Shown here piece after piece: positions 8,861 through 19,721 of a DNA stretch of 64,000 nt. The notes below the pieces were generated by a model. The model did no database searches. It saw nothing but the letters and a program-made list of their open reading frames with translations, and was not told the origin of the DNA. Source of the DNA: an uncultured Alphaproteobacteria bacterium (GTDB lineage: Bacteria > Pseudomonadota > Alphaproteobacteria > HIMB59 > GCA-002718135); the NCBI GenBank assembly GCA_902560725.1, contig CACEMR010000007.1, positions 1,995 through 65,994 on the forward strand, read 5' to 3'. Numbering within the stretch: the stretch's first letter is position 1; each line of letters opens with the position of its first letter. The position numbers were made by a program, and so were the translations under genes.

Positions 8861-10988
8861 ATATAATTAAAGAAGTTGTCCCTGCCATATTTTTATTCTT
8901 TTCAATTTTAATTTTTCCACCATGATCTTCAATAATTCTTTTTACAATTGATAACCCTAAACCTGTTCCCTTTGATTTAGTAGTAAAATAAGGTTCAAAT
9001 ATTTTACCAATCATTTTATCATCAATTCCAACACCATTATCCTTAATTTCGATAAAAATCTTACTATCATTTGTATAAATTTTTACCTCAACAGCAGGAT
9101 TGGGTATTTTTTCTACTGCCTCTATAGCATTTTTAATTAAATTATTTAAACATCTAGAAATTTGTAGTTTATCAAATTGAAAATAAATATCTTTTTGTGT
9201 ATTTACTAAACTTAGTTTTATATCTTTCCTAGAATTATAATATAATTGAAAAGAGTTATTTAAACATTGAGTTAAGTTATCAAGCTTTATTTCTGCCTCA
9301 GGCATTCTCGCAAAAGATGAAAATTCATCAACAAGTTTTCCAATATCGTCAACTTGCCTTGAAATAGTTTTAGTAAGCAGTGAAATTTCATCTTTTGTAA
9401 AAGTATTATCAAAAAATTTCTTTTCTATTCTTTCTGCAGATAATTTTATTGGGGTTAAAGGATTTTTTACTTCATGAGCAATTTTTCTTGCTATATCAGA
9501 CCAGGCTGCATGTTTTTCTGCAAGAATTAATGAAGTTGTATCATCTAATGCCACAACATAACCCTCAACTTCATTTTCACCAATTTCTTTAATTACTCTA
9601 ATATTAAAATTTCTTTGATCATCAAAGATTGTAAAATCATATTGAAAATTTAATAAAATTTTTTTTGATTTTTTAAAGTTACTAAATATCTCATTCCATT
9701 CAGGAAAGATTGTTAAAAAATTTTCATTAATTTTAAATTTTTTTGTATTTTTAAATAAAATAGACGCAGTTTTGTTGTGTAAAACTATGTTAAAATTTTT
9801 ATCTAACGATAGTACACCGATTGTTAGTAGACTTAAAATTGCCTCAATAAATATTCTTTTATCCTCATCTTGATTACTTTTTGCTATCAACTCATTTTGT
9901 TTATTTTCAATTTCTGAAATCATTTTATTATAAGATGAAAGTAAAATTTTGATTTCATCAAACTGATCATTTTCATTGACTTTCGCGTCAAAATTTCCTT
10001 TTGATATTTTGTTAGCTGATTGAATTAAGTTAGTAATTGGTTTACTTAAATTTGTTGCTAAGTTGAAACCTATTAATATTGCTATTAAAATAAAACAAAT
10101 TGAAAATAAAACAAATATCATTGAATAAGTTACTTGAACGCCTGAACTTTCTTCTTCTTTAGTTGTGTATATTCTATAAGCTTCTTTTGTAGCACTTATG
10201 TGATCCCATATATCAGTATTTAATTCTCGATTAACTTGCATATACACATTATCTAAAAAATTAATTTTTTTGAAAGCTGCAATAGATTTTTTATTAAGTT
10301 GAAAAATATAAACTCGATTTTGATCTAAAATACTATAGGTATCTAGTGATGGGTTAGAAAAATTTTTGTTTTCAACATCTTTTAAACTTAAATATATATT
10401 TCCTTCATTGTTGAATATATAAATGCTTGAAATAGTTCTAAGGTTAATAAATTCACTTAAAGCCTTTTGAATATTATTTATATTTACTTCATTATTTTGA
10501 GATGTTTGAAGTATCTCCCTTGTTATTAATTGAGTATCAGAAATTAATTCTGCTTGAATTTCATTTTCATAATTTTTTGCTACTATATTTGAATTAACAA
10601 CGGCATCTCTCACGGCATCACCATACCAGGTTCGCAGTTCTAAATTAAAAAATAAAGAAGTTATAATTACAAGACCTATAGCGGGACCTAAAGCCATAGC
10701 AGCAAATAAATTAACAAACTTTATATATAACCTTGACTCATCATAGCTTTTTTTTCGTCTAACAAAGATAAGTACAATTTGACGAATAATTATAGATATT
10801 AGTAATATTACAAAAATAATATCTGCTAGTAAAAAGTATTGTAATCTTTGGGGGTCTTTAACTAAATTATTGTTTGGTAGCATTAAATAAAAAGTTATGG
10901 AAAAACTAACCAGTATAAGAAAAATTAAAAAATAGAATGATATCCTTGTTAAATGAAAAGATTTTAAAAACTTTGATAAATCAAACAC
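8844..10988 (-). CDS. ntrY: NtrY sensor histidine kinase
   Basis: N-terminal TM helices, periplasmic domain, HAMP, PAS-like region, HisKA ARKIAHEVKNPLTPI and HATPase (NLIKNA, DNGVG, FEPYFTTK, GTGLGL); GTG start. Confidence 0.93.
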   Translation of the reverse strand: MFDLSKFLKSFHLTRISFYFLIFLILVSFSITFYLMLPNNNLVKDPQRLQYFLLADIIFVILLISIIIRQIVLIFVRRKKSYDESRLYIKFVNLFAAMALGPAIGLVIITSLFFNLELRTWYGDAVRDAVVNSNIVAKNYENEIQAELISDTQLITREILQTSQNNEVNINNIQKALSEFINLRTISSIYIFNNEGNIYLSLKDVENKNFSNPSLDTYSILDQNRVYIFQLNKKSIAAFKKINFLDNVYMQVNRELNTDIWDHISATKEAYRIYTTKEEESSGVQVTYSMIFVLFSICFILIAILIGFNLATNLSKPITNLIQSANKISKGNFDAKVNENDQFDEIKILLSSYNKMISEIENKQNELIAKSNQDEDKRIFIEAILSLLTIGVLSLDKNFNIVLHNKTASILFKNTKKFKINENFLTIFPEWNEIFSNFKKSKKILLNFQYDFTIFDDQRNFNIRVIKEIGENEVEGYVVALDDTTSLILAEKHAAWSDIARKIAHEVKNPLTPIKLSAERIEKKFFDNTFTKDEISLLTKTISRQVDDIGKLVDEFSSFARMPEAEIKLDNLTQCLNNSFQLYYNSRKDIKLSLVNTQKDIYFQFDKLQISRCLNNLIKNAIEAVEKIPNPAVEVKIYTNDSKIFIEIKDNGVGIDDKMIGKIFEPYFTTKSKGTGLGLSIVKRIIEDHGGKIKIEKNKNMAGTTSLIIFDQNA

Positions 10989-11015
10989 TTTTAGACTTTT
11001 GTTAGTACTTAAAAT

Positions 11016-11039
11016 TAATGTAAATATATATATACATTA
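11016..11039. promoter_or_regulatory. Inverted repeat TAATGTA-N10-TACATTA in the ntrY/ispDF divergent spacer (candidate operator)
   Basis: Perfect 7-bp arms seen directly; the core reads TGTAAA-N6-TATACA. Function is inferred only. Confidence 0.35.
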
Positions 11040-11044
11040 TATAA

Positions 11045-12193
11045 ATGAAATTTATGAAAAATGCACTCGTAATTCTAGCAGGAGGAAAAGGAAAGAGATT
11101 TGGTCAAAAAACTCCAAAGCAATTTTATAAAATTGGCAACAATACAATTATTAGTTCATTTTTGGAAAATTTAGATATCAAGCCTTTCAGTGTAATTGTT
11201 CTATCAATAGATAAAAAGTATAGAGATAAAATTAAAGATAATTTTAAATTAATTATACAAAAAAATAAAATTATTTTTTCAGAACCTGGCAAAACTAGAC
11301 AAGAATCATCATTTAATTCTTTAAAAAAAATAAAAAAATATAAAATTAAAAATGTTTTAATTCATGATGCTGCCCGTCCATTTTGTACAAATAAATTAAT
11401 AAAAAAAATATTAATCAAATTAAAACACAATAATAATTGTATACCTTTTGTAGAATACAATGATAGACAAATAAATAAAACCAATAAAAAAGATGAAAAA
11501 GTTATAAATATACATACGCCTCAGGGTTTCGATTATAATTTAATTTATAATGCTCATAAAAAATTTAAAAAAGAAAGATTTTCTGATGATGCTGGGTTGA
11601 TACAAAAATTAAATTTAAAAATTAATTTATTAAAAGGTGAAAAAGAAAATATTAAAATAACTTATCCAGAAGATTTGGTATATTTCAATCTTTTAAAAAA
11701 ACCAACAATAAGAAGCGGTATTGGATATGACATTCATAAAATTGATAAAAAAACAAAAAATGGTTTAAAATTATGTGGAGTAAAATTACCTTTCTCTAAA
11801 TTAATTGGTCATTCCGATGCTGATGTTGGGCTTCATGCAATTTGCGATAGTATTTTTGGAGCATTATCGATGAGAGATATTGGATATTATTTTCCTAATA
11901 CAAAATCAAAATGGAAAAATGCTGATTCTTCGACGTTTATAATTTATTGTAAAAAAAAATTAATAGAAAAAGGATATTACATAACTAATCTTGATATAAA
12001 TATAATTGCAGAAAAACCTAAAATTAATACATTTGTTACATTAATGAAAAAAAGAATTTCTAATTTACTTAATATAGAAAAAAATATTATCTCTATTAAA
12101 GCAACAACAAATGAAAAAATAGGATTTATTGGCAATGGTGAAGGAATAGCAGCAGAGGCAATAGTTCAAATTTCAAATGAAAATATTAACTAA
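11045..12193 (+). CDS. ispDF: Bifunctional IspD/IspF (MEP pathway)
   Basis: LAGGKGKRFG, PKQF, LIHDAARP, TPQGF and KIT (IspD); GIGYDIH, GHSDADV.LHA, KATTNE (IspF). Confidence 0.95.
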   Translation: MKFMKNALVILAGGKGKRFGQKTPKQFYKIGNNTIISSFLENLDIKPFSVIVLSIDKKYRDKIKDNFKLIIQKNKIIFSEPGKTRQESSFNSLKKIKKYKIKNVLIHDAARPFCTNKLIKKILIKLKHNNNCIPFVEYNDRQINKTNKKDEKVINIHTPQGFDYNLIYNAHKKFKKERFSDDAGLIQKLNLKINLLKGEKENIKITYPEDLVYFNLLKKPTIRSGIGYDIHKIDKKTKNGLKLCGVKLPFSKLIGHSDADVGLHAICDSIFGALSMRDIGYYFPNTKSKWKNADSSTFIIYCKKKLIEKGYYITNLDINIIAEKPKINTFVTLMKKRISNLLNIEKNIISIKATTNEKIGFIGNGEGIAAEAIVQISNENIN

Positions 12194-12650
12194 TATTTTT
12201 ATATCATTATTTTATTCTGGCTATGTAAAGAAATGGCCGGGGACGTTTGCCTCATTATTATCTATAGTATTATTATTCCCTATTATAAAGTCAAATATTA
12301 TATCTATAGAAATTTTTATATTAGTTTTTATATTAATTTTTATTTTATCTTTATTTTTTATTAATAAGTTTTCTCAGCTTTCAAAGACTCATGACTCAGG
12401 TATTATTGTAATTGATGAATTTCTTGGAATTTATTTAATATTTATTTTTTATGATTTTATTTATTTTATTAATTCTTATTTAACAATTTTTTTAATCTTT
12501 ATTCTATTTAGATTTTTTGATATTTTAAAAATATTTCCAGCAAATATAATTGATAAAAGAATGAAAAATTCACTTGGTGTATTGCTTGATGATTTAATAG
12601 CAGCAGTGTATACTATAACTATTCTTTATTTATTTAATGTCTACACTTAA
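12177..12650 (+). CDS. pgpA: Phosphatidylglycerophosphatase A
   Basis: PGTFAS, IVIDEFLG, FRFFDILK and GVLLDDLIAA motifs. Confidence 0.92.
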   Translation: MKILTNIFISLFYSGYVKKWPGTFASLLSIVLLFPIIKSNIISIEIFILVFILIFILSLFFINKFSQLSKTHDSGIIVIDEFLGIYLIFIFYDFIYFINSYLTIFLIFILFRFFDILKIFPANIIDKRMKNSLGVLLDDLIAAVYTITILYLFNVYT

Positions 12651-13101
12651 TAAAACTATCTCAAAACTTATTAAGAAAAATATTTCAATTTCTGTAGCAG
12701 AATCTTGTACTGGAGGATTAATTTCATACAATATAACTAAGTATAGTGGAGTTTCAAAAATATTTTCAGGCGGAATAATTTGTTACTCCAATAAAGCAAA
12801 AATAAAATATTTATCAGTACCAAGAAAAACTTTATTAAAATATGGAGCTGTAAGTTCAAATGTTGCAGAAGCAATGATCAATGGTTTATACGATAATGAA
12901 AAAACACAAATATGTGTATCAACTACTGGAATTGCTGGTCCAGATGGTGGCACTAAAAATAAACCGGTAGGTTTGGTATTTATAGGCATAAAATTTAATA
13001 AAAAAAATTTTATTTATAAAAAATTTTATAAAGGTAACAGGCTAGAAATTCAAAGAAAAGCAAAAGAATTTATTTTTAAAACAATTGAAAAACTAATCTA
13101 A
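12637..13101 (+). CDS. cinA: CinA C-terminal domain protein (NMN amidohydrolase PncC-like)
   Basis: SVAESCTGG, YSNKAK, GAVS, STTGIAGPDGG, PVGLVFIG. Confidence 0.93.
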   Translation: MSTLNKTISKLIKKNISISVAESCTGGLISYNITKYSGVSKIFSGGIICYSNKAKIKYLSVPRKTLLKYGAVSSNVAEAMINGLYDNEKTQICVSTTGIAGPDGGTKNKPVGLVFIGIKFNKKNFIYKKFYKGNRLEIQRKAKEFIFKTIEKLI

Positions 13102-13530
13102 TATTTCATCTGCCCTTTCTTTAAAGGATTCAATCATTTTGTTTTCAATTAAAGGAAAAAAAGCTTCAGCAATCTTTTGATGAAAAAATCTTTTAAACTC
13201 AAATTCTACATTAAAACTAATTAAAGTTTGGTTTTTTTTTAGAGATTTAAAAAACCAACTTGTTTTTAAATCTTTTAGAGGGCCTTCAATATAAGTTGTT
13301 TTAATATTTAATTTTTTTTTATCAAATTCAACATGAGATCCAAATTTTTGAGGCATAAAATACTTATACCAAACGATCATATCCGCATAAATTTCGTTAT
13401 CATTTTTAGAATGAACCTTCATTGCAGAACACCATGGGATAAAATACGGATAACTTTCTATATCTAATACTATATCAAATAGTTCTCTAGCATTATGTTC
13501 AACGATTTCTTCACGATTCGATGATTTCAT
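13093..13530 (-). CDS. ratA: SRPBCC/START domain protein, RatA/Coq10 family
   Basis: [33 protein letters not shown]...F..R.; conserved position after lipA. Confidence 0.85.
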   Translation of the reverse strand: MKSSNREEIVEHNARELFDIVLDIESYPYFIPWCSAMKVHSKNDNEIYADMIVWYKYFMPQKFGSHVEFDKKKLNIKTTYIEGPLKDLKTSWFFKSLKKNQTLISFNVEFEFKRFFHQKIAEAFFPLIENKMIESFKERADEILD

Positions 13531-14462
13531 TGAATAGGATGTAATTTGTTTCTTCTTTTTTGCTGCATAACCTTAAAATCATCTGAAGCATGATAGCTTG
13601 AACGTGTTAATGGAGAAGATGCAACCATTAAGAAACCTTTTGCATAGGCCATTTTTTTATATTCTTCAAATTCTTTTGGTGTAATAAATTTTTCTAACTT
13701 TGCATGTTTAGAGGTTGGAGGAAGATACTGACCTATTGTCAAAAAATCAACATTTGCTGATCTTAAATCATCCATTACCTGGTAAACTTCATCTTTAGTC
13801 TCACCAAGTCCAACCATTAAACCAGATTTAGTAAATATATTTGGATTTTTAATTTTTATCTCGTGTAATAAATTTAAACTTACAAAATAACGAGAACCTG
13901 GTCTTATAGAAGTGTACAATCTTGGAACTGTTTCTAAATTATGATTAAATACATCAGGTAAATTTTTTGATAATATCTCGATTGCATCAGGTTTGTTTTT
14001 AAAATCTGGGGTTAATATTTCAATTGTACATTTTGGATTTAAACTTTTTATTGAGTCTATTACATTTATAAAATGCATAGCTCCTCCATCAATTAAATCA
14101 TCTCTATCTACACTAGTAATAACAACATGCTCCAATTCTAACTGTTGTACCGATTCAGCAATTCGAATTGCTTCACCATGATCTACAAAGTTAGGTTTTC
14201 CTGTCTTTACATTACAAAAAGCACATGCTCTAGTACAAGTATCTCCTAATATCATGAATGTAGCATGTTTTTTTTGCCAACACTCGGCAATATTTGGACA
14301 AGCAGCCTCCTCACATACTGTTACAATTTTTTTATCTTTTAATAATTTGTTTGTAGTTTTGAAAAATTTAGAAGTTGGTGCTTTTACTCTTATCCAAGAA
14401 GGTTTTTTTGGAATGGGATTTTCCTTATTTTTAACTTTTTCTGGGTGTCTTACTGCAGTCAT
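13527..14462 (-). CDS. lipA: Lipoyl synthase
   Basis: [12 protein letters not shown] auxiliary cluster motif, radical [17 protein letters not shown]. Confidence 0.98.
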   Translation of the reverse strand: MTAVRHPEKVKNKENPIPKKPSWIRVKAPTSKFFKTTNKLLKDKKIVTVCEEAACPNIAECWQKKHATFMILGDTCTRACAFCNVKTGKPNFVDHGEAIRIAESVQQLELEHVVITSVDRDDLIDGGAMHFINVIDSIKSLNPKCTIEILTPDFKNKPDAIEILSKNLPDVFNHNLETVPRLYTSIRPGSRYFVSLNLLHEIKIKNPNIFTKSGLMVGLGETKDEVYQVMDDLRSANVDFLTIGQYLPPTSKHAKLEKFITPKEFEEYKKMAYAKGFLMVASSPLTRSSYHASDDFKVMQQKRRNKLHPIQ

Positions 14463-14467
14463 AATTA

Positions 14468-15697
14468 CTAAATAACTTCCATATCGAGGCTATTCAACCA
14501 TATTTGGAAAGGATCTTCTAATATATCACTGAAATCTTTGAGTAATTTTGCCGCAACGGCACCGTCCAAAGCTCTGTGATCAGCAGATATGGTAGATTTC
14601 ATTGTATGACCTATTTCAATAATACCTAAATTAGCAACTGGTTTTTCTACTATTGATCCGACAGCAATAATATTTGATTGTGGAGGATTAATAATTGCTT
14701 GAAATTCTGTAATTCCAAACATGCCTAAGTTTGAAATAGTTGTAGATCCTCCAATATATTCTTCAGGCAATAATTTGTTTTGATTAGCTTTTTTTACAAG
14801 AGATTTAATTTCTGATGATATTTCAACTAAACCTTTTTTATCTGCATTTTTCACAATTGGTGTAATCAAGCCTTCTTTTAATGCAACCGCAATAGCAATA
14901 TCAATATCAACATATTGGTGAATTTTTCCATTTACCCAAGAAATATTTGTTTCTGGGTTTTTAGCTATAGCCATTGCACACGCTTTAACAATTAGATCAT
15001 TAAAAGAAATTTTAATATCACTATTTATATTAATTTTTTTTCTTAAATTTATTAGCTTATCCATTCTTGTTTCAATTGTAAGATAAAAATGAGGAACCTC
15101 ATTTTTGGTTTGAGTTGTTCTTTCAGCAATTATTTTTCTAATACTCGAAGGTTCAATTATAGTAATATTTTCATCATTAATTTGTAATTCAAAGTTTTGA
15201 ATATCTTTTTTTATTATTCTACCATCTGGACCAGAACCTTTGATTAAAGTTAAATCTATATTATTATATTTAGAAAATTTTTTAACAAAAGGTGAAGCAA
15301 AATTAGTATTTTGATCTGTATTTGATTTTGCAATTGTCTCTATAAACTGATTTTTATCTTCACCAGTATTTCTTTGAGATTGTTCTGAAACTTCAATTTT
15401 TTCATTATTGCTTAAAATTTTATCTTGCTCATTATAATCTTCTAATTTTTCATCTTTTTTACCATTAATTAATGCAATAACAGTATTAACAGCAATTTGT
15501 TTATCAGGTTTTGTTTCAATTAAATGAGTAATTTTTCCTTCATCTACTGCCTCAACCTCCATTGTAGCTTTATCAGTTTCAATTTCTGCTAATATATCTC
15601 CAGCCGAAACAGTATCACCAATATTAACTAACCACCTATTAATTACACCTTCTGACATTGTAGGTGATAAGGCAGGCATTAAAACTTTGATTGCCAT
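14468..15697 (-). CDS. pdhC: Pyruvate dehydrogenase E2, dihydrolipoamide acetyltransferase
   Basis: Lipoyl domain ETDKA, subunit-binding domain ASP...GSGPDGRI, catalytic DHRALDG. Confidence 0.96.
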   Translation of the reverse strand: MAIKVLMPALSPTMSEGVINRWLVNIGDTVSAGDILAEIETDKATMEVEAVDEGKITHLIETKPDKQIAVNTVIALINGKKDEKLEDYNEQDKILSNNEKIEVSEQSQRNTGEDKNQFIETIAKSNTDQNTNFASPFVKKFSKYNNIDLTLIKGSGPDGRIIKKDIQNFELQINDENITIIEPSSIRKIIAERTTQTKNEVPHFYLTIETRMDKLINLRKKININSDIKISFNDLIVKACAMAIAKNPETNISWVNGKIHQYVDIDIAIAVALKEGLITPIVKNADKKGLVEISSEIKSLVKKANQNKLLPEEYIGGSTTISNLGMFGITEFQAIINPPQSNIIAVGSIVEKPVANLGIIEIGHTMKSTISADHRALDGAVAAKLLKDFSDILEDPFQIWLNSLDMEVI

Positions 15698-17077
15698 TTA
15701 ATTAATATAACTTACTTTTTTTGCTGCATTAATAATATCATCAACTTGAGGAAGATATAATTTCTCAAGGCTAGATGAATATGGCATTGGAACATCAGCA
15801 CTATTAACTTTTAAAATAGGTGAGTCTAAATAATCAAATGCATCCCTTTGAACTATATTTGCAATTTCAGAACCTACGCTACCAAATGGCCAGGACTCTT
15901 CGACAGTAATTAGTCTATTGGTTTTTTTAACTGAATTTATTACTTTTTCTGTGTCCAAAGGTCTTAATGTTTGTAAATCAATAATTTCCACATCTAAATT
16001 ATATTCATCTTTTAATTTTAATGCTGCTTCTTTAGATTTTTGCAGCATAATAGAATAGGTTACTATAGTTAAATCTTTTCCTTCTTTTTCAATATTTGCT
16101 TTACCAATTGGAATTGAGAAGTTAACATCATTATTAACTGGACCTTTCAATCCATAGAGAATTTCATTTTCTAAAAAAATTACAGGGTTTGGATCTAATA
16201 TTGCAGATCTTAACAAACCTTTTGCGTTATAAGGAGTGGATGGTGCAATGACTTTTAAACCTGGTACTTGAGAATACCAAGAAGAAAAATCCTGACTATG
16301 TTGTGCAGCTACTTGTGCTGCTGCACCATTTGGTCCTCTGAAAACAATTGGACAATTAATTTGTCCTCCAGACATGTATAGAGTTTTTGCAGCAGAATTT
16401 ATAATTTGATCAATTGCTTGCATAGAAAAATTAAAGGTCATAAATTCAAGGATTGGTCTTAAGCCCTTAAAAGCTGCACCAACTGCTAATCCAGTAAATC
16501 CATGTTCTGAAATAGGAGTATCTAATACTCTTTTTTTACCAAATTCTTCTAAAAGACCTTGAGTAACTTTATAAGCACCCTGATATTCAGCAACTTCCTC
16601 GCCAAGCAGGAAAACTTTTTTATCTTTTCTCATTTCTTCTGCCATTGTATCTCTTAGAGCCTGTCGCATAGTTATTTCTTCTGAACTTAAGTTTTTATCT
16701 TCTTCTAATTTAGCTGATTGCTTATCAATTTTATCATTCTTTTTAATCTCAACTTTTTTCTCAGTAGTTTTTTCAATTTTGTTTTCTTCAATTACTTTTT
16801 CTTCGGGAGCTTCTTTTTTTACTTCAACTTTTTCATTTGGATCACCAATAATAGCTATGGCTTTATTTACTGGAATATTTGCCTCTCCTTCTTTAAATAA
16901 AAGATCAAGAACAACACCTTCGTCTACCGCTTCTACTTCCATTGTTGCTTTATCAGTTTCAATTTCTGCAATTAAATCACCAGCTTTAACAGTATCCCCT
17001 TTTTTAATTAACCATTTAGACAGGTTCCCTTCCGTCATTGTTGGCGATAATGCAGGCATTAAAATTTCTGTGCTCAT
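15698..17077 (-). CDS. pdhB: Pyruvate dehydrogenase E1 beta with N-terminal lipoyl domain
   Basis: MPALSPTM...ETDKA lipoyl domain; [26 protein letters not shown]. Confidence 0.97.
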   Translation of the reverse strand: MSTEILMPALSPTMTEGNLSKWLIKKGDTVKAGDLIAEIETDKATMEVEAVDEGVVLDLLFKEGEANIPVNKAIAIIGDPNEKVEVKKEAPEEKVIEENKIEKTTEKKVEIKKNDKIDKQSAKLEEDKNLSSEEITMRQALRDTMAEEMRKDKKVFLLGEEVAEYQGAYKVTQGLLEEFGKKRVLDTPISEHGFTGLAVGAAFKGLRPILEFMTFNFSMQAIDQIINSAAKTLYMSGGQINCPIVFRGPNGAAAQVAAQHSQDFSSWYSQVPGLKVIAPSTPYNAKGLLRSAILDPNPVIFLENEILYGLKGPVNNDVNFSIPIGKANIEKEGKDLTIVTYSIMLQKSKEAALKLKDEYNLDVEIIDLQTLRPLDTEKVINSVKKTNRLITVEESWPFGSVGSEIANIVQRDAFDYLDSPILKVNSADVPMPYSSSLEKLYLPQVDDIINAAKKVSYIN

Positions 17078-17080
17078 ATT

Positions 17081-18043
17081 TTATAAATAAACATCCGTAT
17101 AAAGTTCATTTTCCTTTGGAAAAGGACTGTTGGTTGCAAATTCAGCGGCATTTTTAATTTCTTCTACAGTATCTTTATTGATTTTTTCAATTTCATCATT
17201 GGATGCAATTTTTTTCTTTAATATTTCAGATTTAACTATTTCGATAGGATCTGTTTCCTTATAATTATCTAATTCTTCCTTAGTTCTATATTTTGCAGGG
17301 TCTGACATTGAATGCCCTCTGTATCTATATGTTTGTACTTCAATAATATAAGGTCCATTTCCTTCTCTAACATATTTTCCTGCTTTATCTGCTGCTTCTA
17401 TAACAGAAAATACATTCATTCCATCTACCTTCTCACCAGGGATACCGAATGCTTCACCTCTTTTATATAAATCTAATCCTGCTGCAGCCCTATCTACAGA
17501 CGTACCCATTCCATATTTATTATTTTCAATAATATATAATACTGGAAGTTTCCATAAAGCAGCTAGATTAAAAGCTTCAAAAACCTGTCCATTATTCATT
17601 GCACCATCACCGATGTATGTTCTGCATATATTTTTTTCTCCATTGTATTTATGTGTGAATGCAATACCAGTTCCAATAGGTACTTGAGCTCCGACAATAC
17701 CATGACCACCATAAAAATTATTTTGTTTCGAAAACATATGCATTGAACCACCTTTACCAGCGGAATAACCATCTTCTCTTCCAGTCAACTCTGCCATAAT
17801 ACGTTTTGGGTCTAATCCTCTTGCAATCATGTGGCCATGATCTCTATAAGTAGTTACAACTGAGTCATTTTTATCAATTGTCATTAAAATACCTACAACA
17901 ACAGCTTCTTGGCCAATATACAAATGACAAAAGCCACCTATTTTCCCCATACCGTAAAGTTGAGCTGCCCTTTCCTCAAATCTTCTAATTTTGAGCATGT
18001 AGGAATACATTTTAATATAATCTTTTTTTTGAAGTTTTTTCAT
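17081..18043 (-). CDS. pdhA: Pyruvate dehydrogenase E1 alpha
   Basis: GFCHLYIGQEA, GKGGSMH, TPP motif GDGA...ENN, RYRGHSMSDP. Confidence 0.97.
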   Translation of the reverse strand: MKKLQKKDYIKMYSYMLKIRRFEERAAQLYGMGKIGGFCHLYIGQEAVVVGILMTIDKNDSVVTTYRDHGHMIARGLDPKRIMAELTGREDGYSAGKGGSMHMFSKQNNFYGGHGIVGAQVPIGTGIAFTHKYNGEKNICRTYIGDGAMNNGQVFEAFNLAALWKLPVLYIIENNKYGMGTSVDRAAAGLDLYKRGEAFGIPGEKVDGMNVFSVIEAADKAGKYVREGNGPYIIEVQTYRYRGHSMSDPAKYRTKEELDNYKETDPIEIVKSEILKKKIASNDEIEKINKDTVEEIKNAAEFATNSPFPKENELYTDVYL

Positions 18044-18054
18044 ATGATATTCTT

Positions 18055-18083
18055 TAACTATAATTAGGGTGATTTTTTGTCAA
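18055..18083 (-). promoter_or_regulatory. Putative sigma70 promoter of pdhA (TTGACA-N17-TAGTTA)
   Basis: Perfect -35 TTGACA at 18083-18078, 17-nt spacer, then TAGTTA at 18060-18055 (lacks the -7 T, common in alphaproteobacteria); ATG 12 nt downstream. Confidence 0.5.
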
Positions 18084-18093
18084 ATAAATCAAT

Positions 18094-18405
18094 CTACTCT
18101 ATAATTATAACTGTTTCGTTTTCTGCAGTAAATCCGGTAACTTTTCTAAATGTCTCATCTAAATAATCCAAATCTATGGTATTTGGTTGTAATCTTTTTA
18201 TTCTATCTAGATAAAATTCATTTTCCTTTTTGAGAGACAGATATTGCTCATTATATTGAGAATTAAGATTTTTTAGACTGAAATATTTTAATAATCCCCT
18301 CTCCCCGTTTACAAGAAAATAAAGAAGGTAAACAAATAGAAAAAAGGTAAACAAAAAAGAAAAATAAAAATAAAATTTATTTTTTAAAACTAAAGATTTA
18401 TTCAT
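18094..18405 (-). CDS. ftsB: Septum formation initiator FtsB/DivIC
   Basis: One TM helix, GERGL, coiled coil, DLDYLDE; conserved position between eno and pdhA. Confidence 0.85.
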   Translation of the reverse strand: MNKSLVLKNKFYFYFSFLFTFFLFVYLLYFLVNGERGLLKYFSLKNLNSQYNEQYLSLKKENEFYLDRIKRLQPNTIDLDYLDETFRKVTGFTAENETVIIIE

Positions 18406-18440
18406 TTTTTATATAAATAGCATATTTAAGATCGAAACTG

Positions 18441-19721
18441 TCAATTATTATTTAAGATAGAAGATCCAGCATAGCTTGTTTTGTCTTTTAAAGCTTCTTC
18501 AATTCTTAATAATTGATTATATTTTGCTGTTCTATCAGTTCTTGATAATGATCCTGTTTTAATTTGACCTGCTGAAACACCAACTGATAAGTCTGCAATT
18601 GTAGTATCTTCAGTTTCACCAGAGCGATGTGATATTATAGTAGTAAAATTATTTTCTTTAGCAAGTTTAATTGATTCTAAAGTTTCTTTTAAAGTTCCTA
18701 TTTGATTTACTTTAACCAAAATAGAGTTTCCTGCACACTCTGAAATACCTTTTTGTAATCTTTTTTTATTAGTAACAAATAAATCATCACCAACTAATTG
18801 AACTTTTTTTCCTATTGATGATGTTAAATTAGTCCAACCTTCCCAATCATCTTCTGACATTCCATCTTCAATTGAATATATAGGATAAGCATCTACTAAC
18901 TTTTCTAGATATTGAATCATTTCATCAGAAGATAAAATAATTTTTTCACCTTTTAAATCATACTTATTATTTTTGTAAAATTCTGTTGAGGCAACATCAA
19001 GCGAAAGATAAATGTCTTTACCAGGTTTAAAACCAGCATCCTCAACAGATTTCAAAACAGTTTCTATTACTTCACTAGAACTATTTATATTAGGAGCAAA
19101 GCCCCCTTCATCTCCGACGTTTGTATTTAATCCTTTTGATTTTAAAAGTGATTTTAATGAATGAAATATTTCACATCCATATTGAAGTGCTTCTGAAAAG
19201 CTTTTTGCACCAATAGGAGCAACCATAAATTCTTGAATATCAACATCATTATCTGCATGTGATCCACCGTTAACTATATTCATCATTGGAACTGGAAGAC
19301 TCATTGTATTTCCTTTACCAAGAAAAGAGTATAATTCTAGACCTTCAGAAGAAGCTAAACATTTTGCAAAAGCTAAACTAGCTGCAAGAGTTGCATTAGC
19401 TCCTAGGTTTGATTTATTTTCAGTACCATCAAGTTGTATTAAAAAATCATCATAAGAAGATATATCATCGAATGATTTTCCAACTACTTTATTAGAAATT
19501 TTATCATTAATATTTTTTACTGCTTTTAAAACTCCTTTACCTTTGTATTTGGATTTATCATTATCTCTCAATTCTAAAGCCTCATGAATTCCAGTAGAAG
19601 CACCACTTGGAACAGAAGCTCTTCCAAATATAGAATTTTCAAACTCTATATCACATTCAACAGTTGGATTACCTCTACTATCTATTATTTGTCTAGCTGT
19701 TATTTTTTTTATTTTAGGCAT
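18441..19721 (-). CDS. eno: Enolase
   Basis: [40 protein letters not shown]. Confidence 0.99.
   Translation of the reverse strand: MPKIKKITARQIIDSRGNPTVECDIEFENSIFGRASVPSGASTGIHEALELRDNDKSKYKGKGVLKAVKNINDKISNKVVGKSFDDISSYDDFLIQLDGTENKSNLGANATLAASLAFAKCLASSEGLELYSFLGKGNTMSLPVPMMNIVNGGSHADNDVDIQEFMVAPIGAKSFSEALQYGCEIFHSLKSLLKSKGLNTNVGDEGGFAPNINSSSEVIETVLKSVEDAGFKPGKDIYLSLDVASTEFYKNNKYDLKGEKIILSSDEMIQYLEKLVDAYPIYSIEDGMSEDDWEGWTNLTSSIGKKVQLVGDDLFVTNKKRLQKGISECAGNSILVKVNQIGTLKETLESIKLAKENNFTTIISHRSGETEDTTIADLSVGVSAGQIKTGSLSRTDRTAKYNQLLRIEEALKDKTSYAGSSILNNN

Noticed and set aside
13093-13530. RatA read as a type II toxin-antitoxin system
   Set aside because: There is no antitoxin partner, and the lipA-linked position is the usual one for the Coq10-like quinone-binding START protein in alphaproteobacteria.
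15567-16969. Identical 23-nt repeat GCTTTATCAGTTTCAATTTCTGC at 15567-15589 and 16947-16969
   Set aside because: Both copies encode AEIETDKA in the homologous lipoyl domains of PdhC and PdhB; this is protein-level conservation, not a mobile or CRISPR repeat.
18416-18444. TTGACA overlapping the eno stop codon as a possible ftsB promoter
   Set aside because: There is no convincing -10 element at 16-18 nt spacing.
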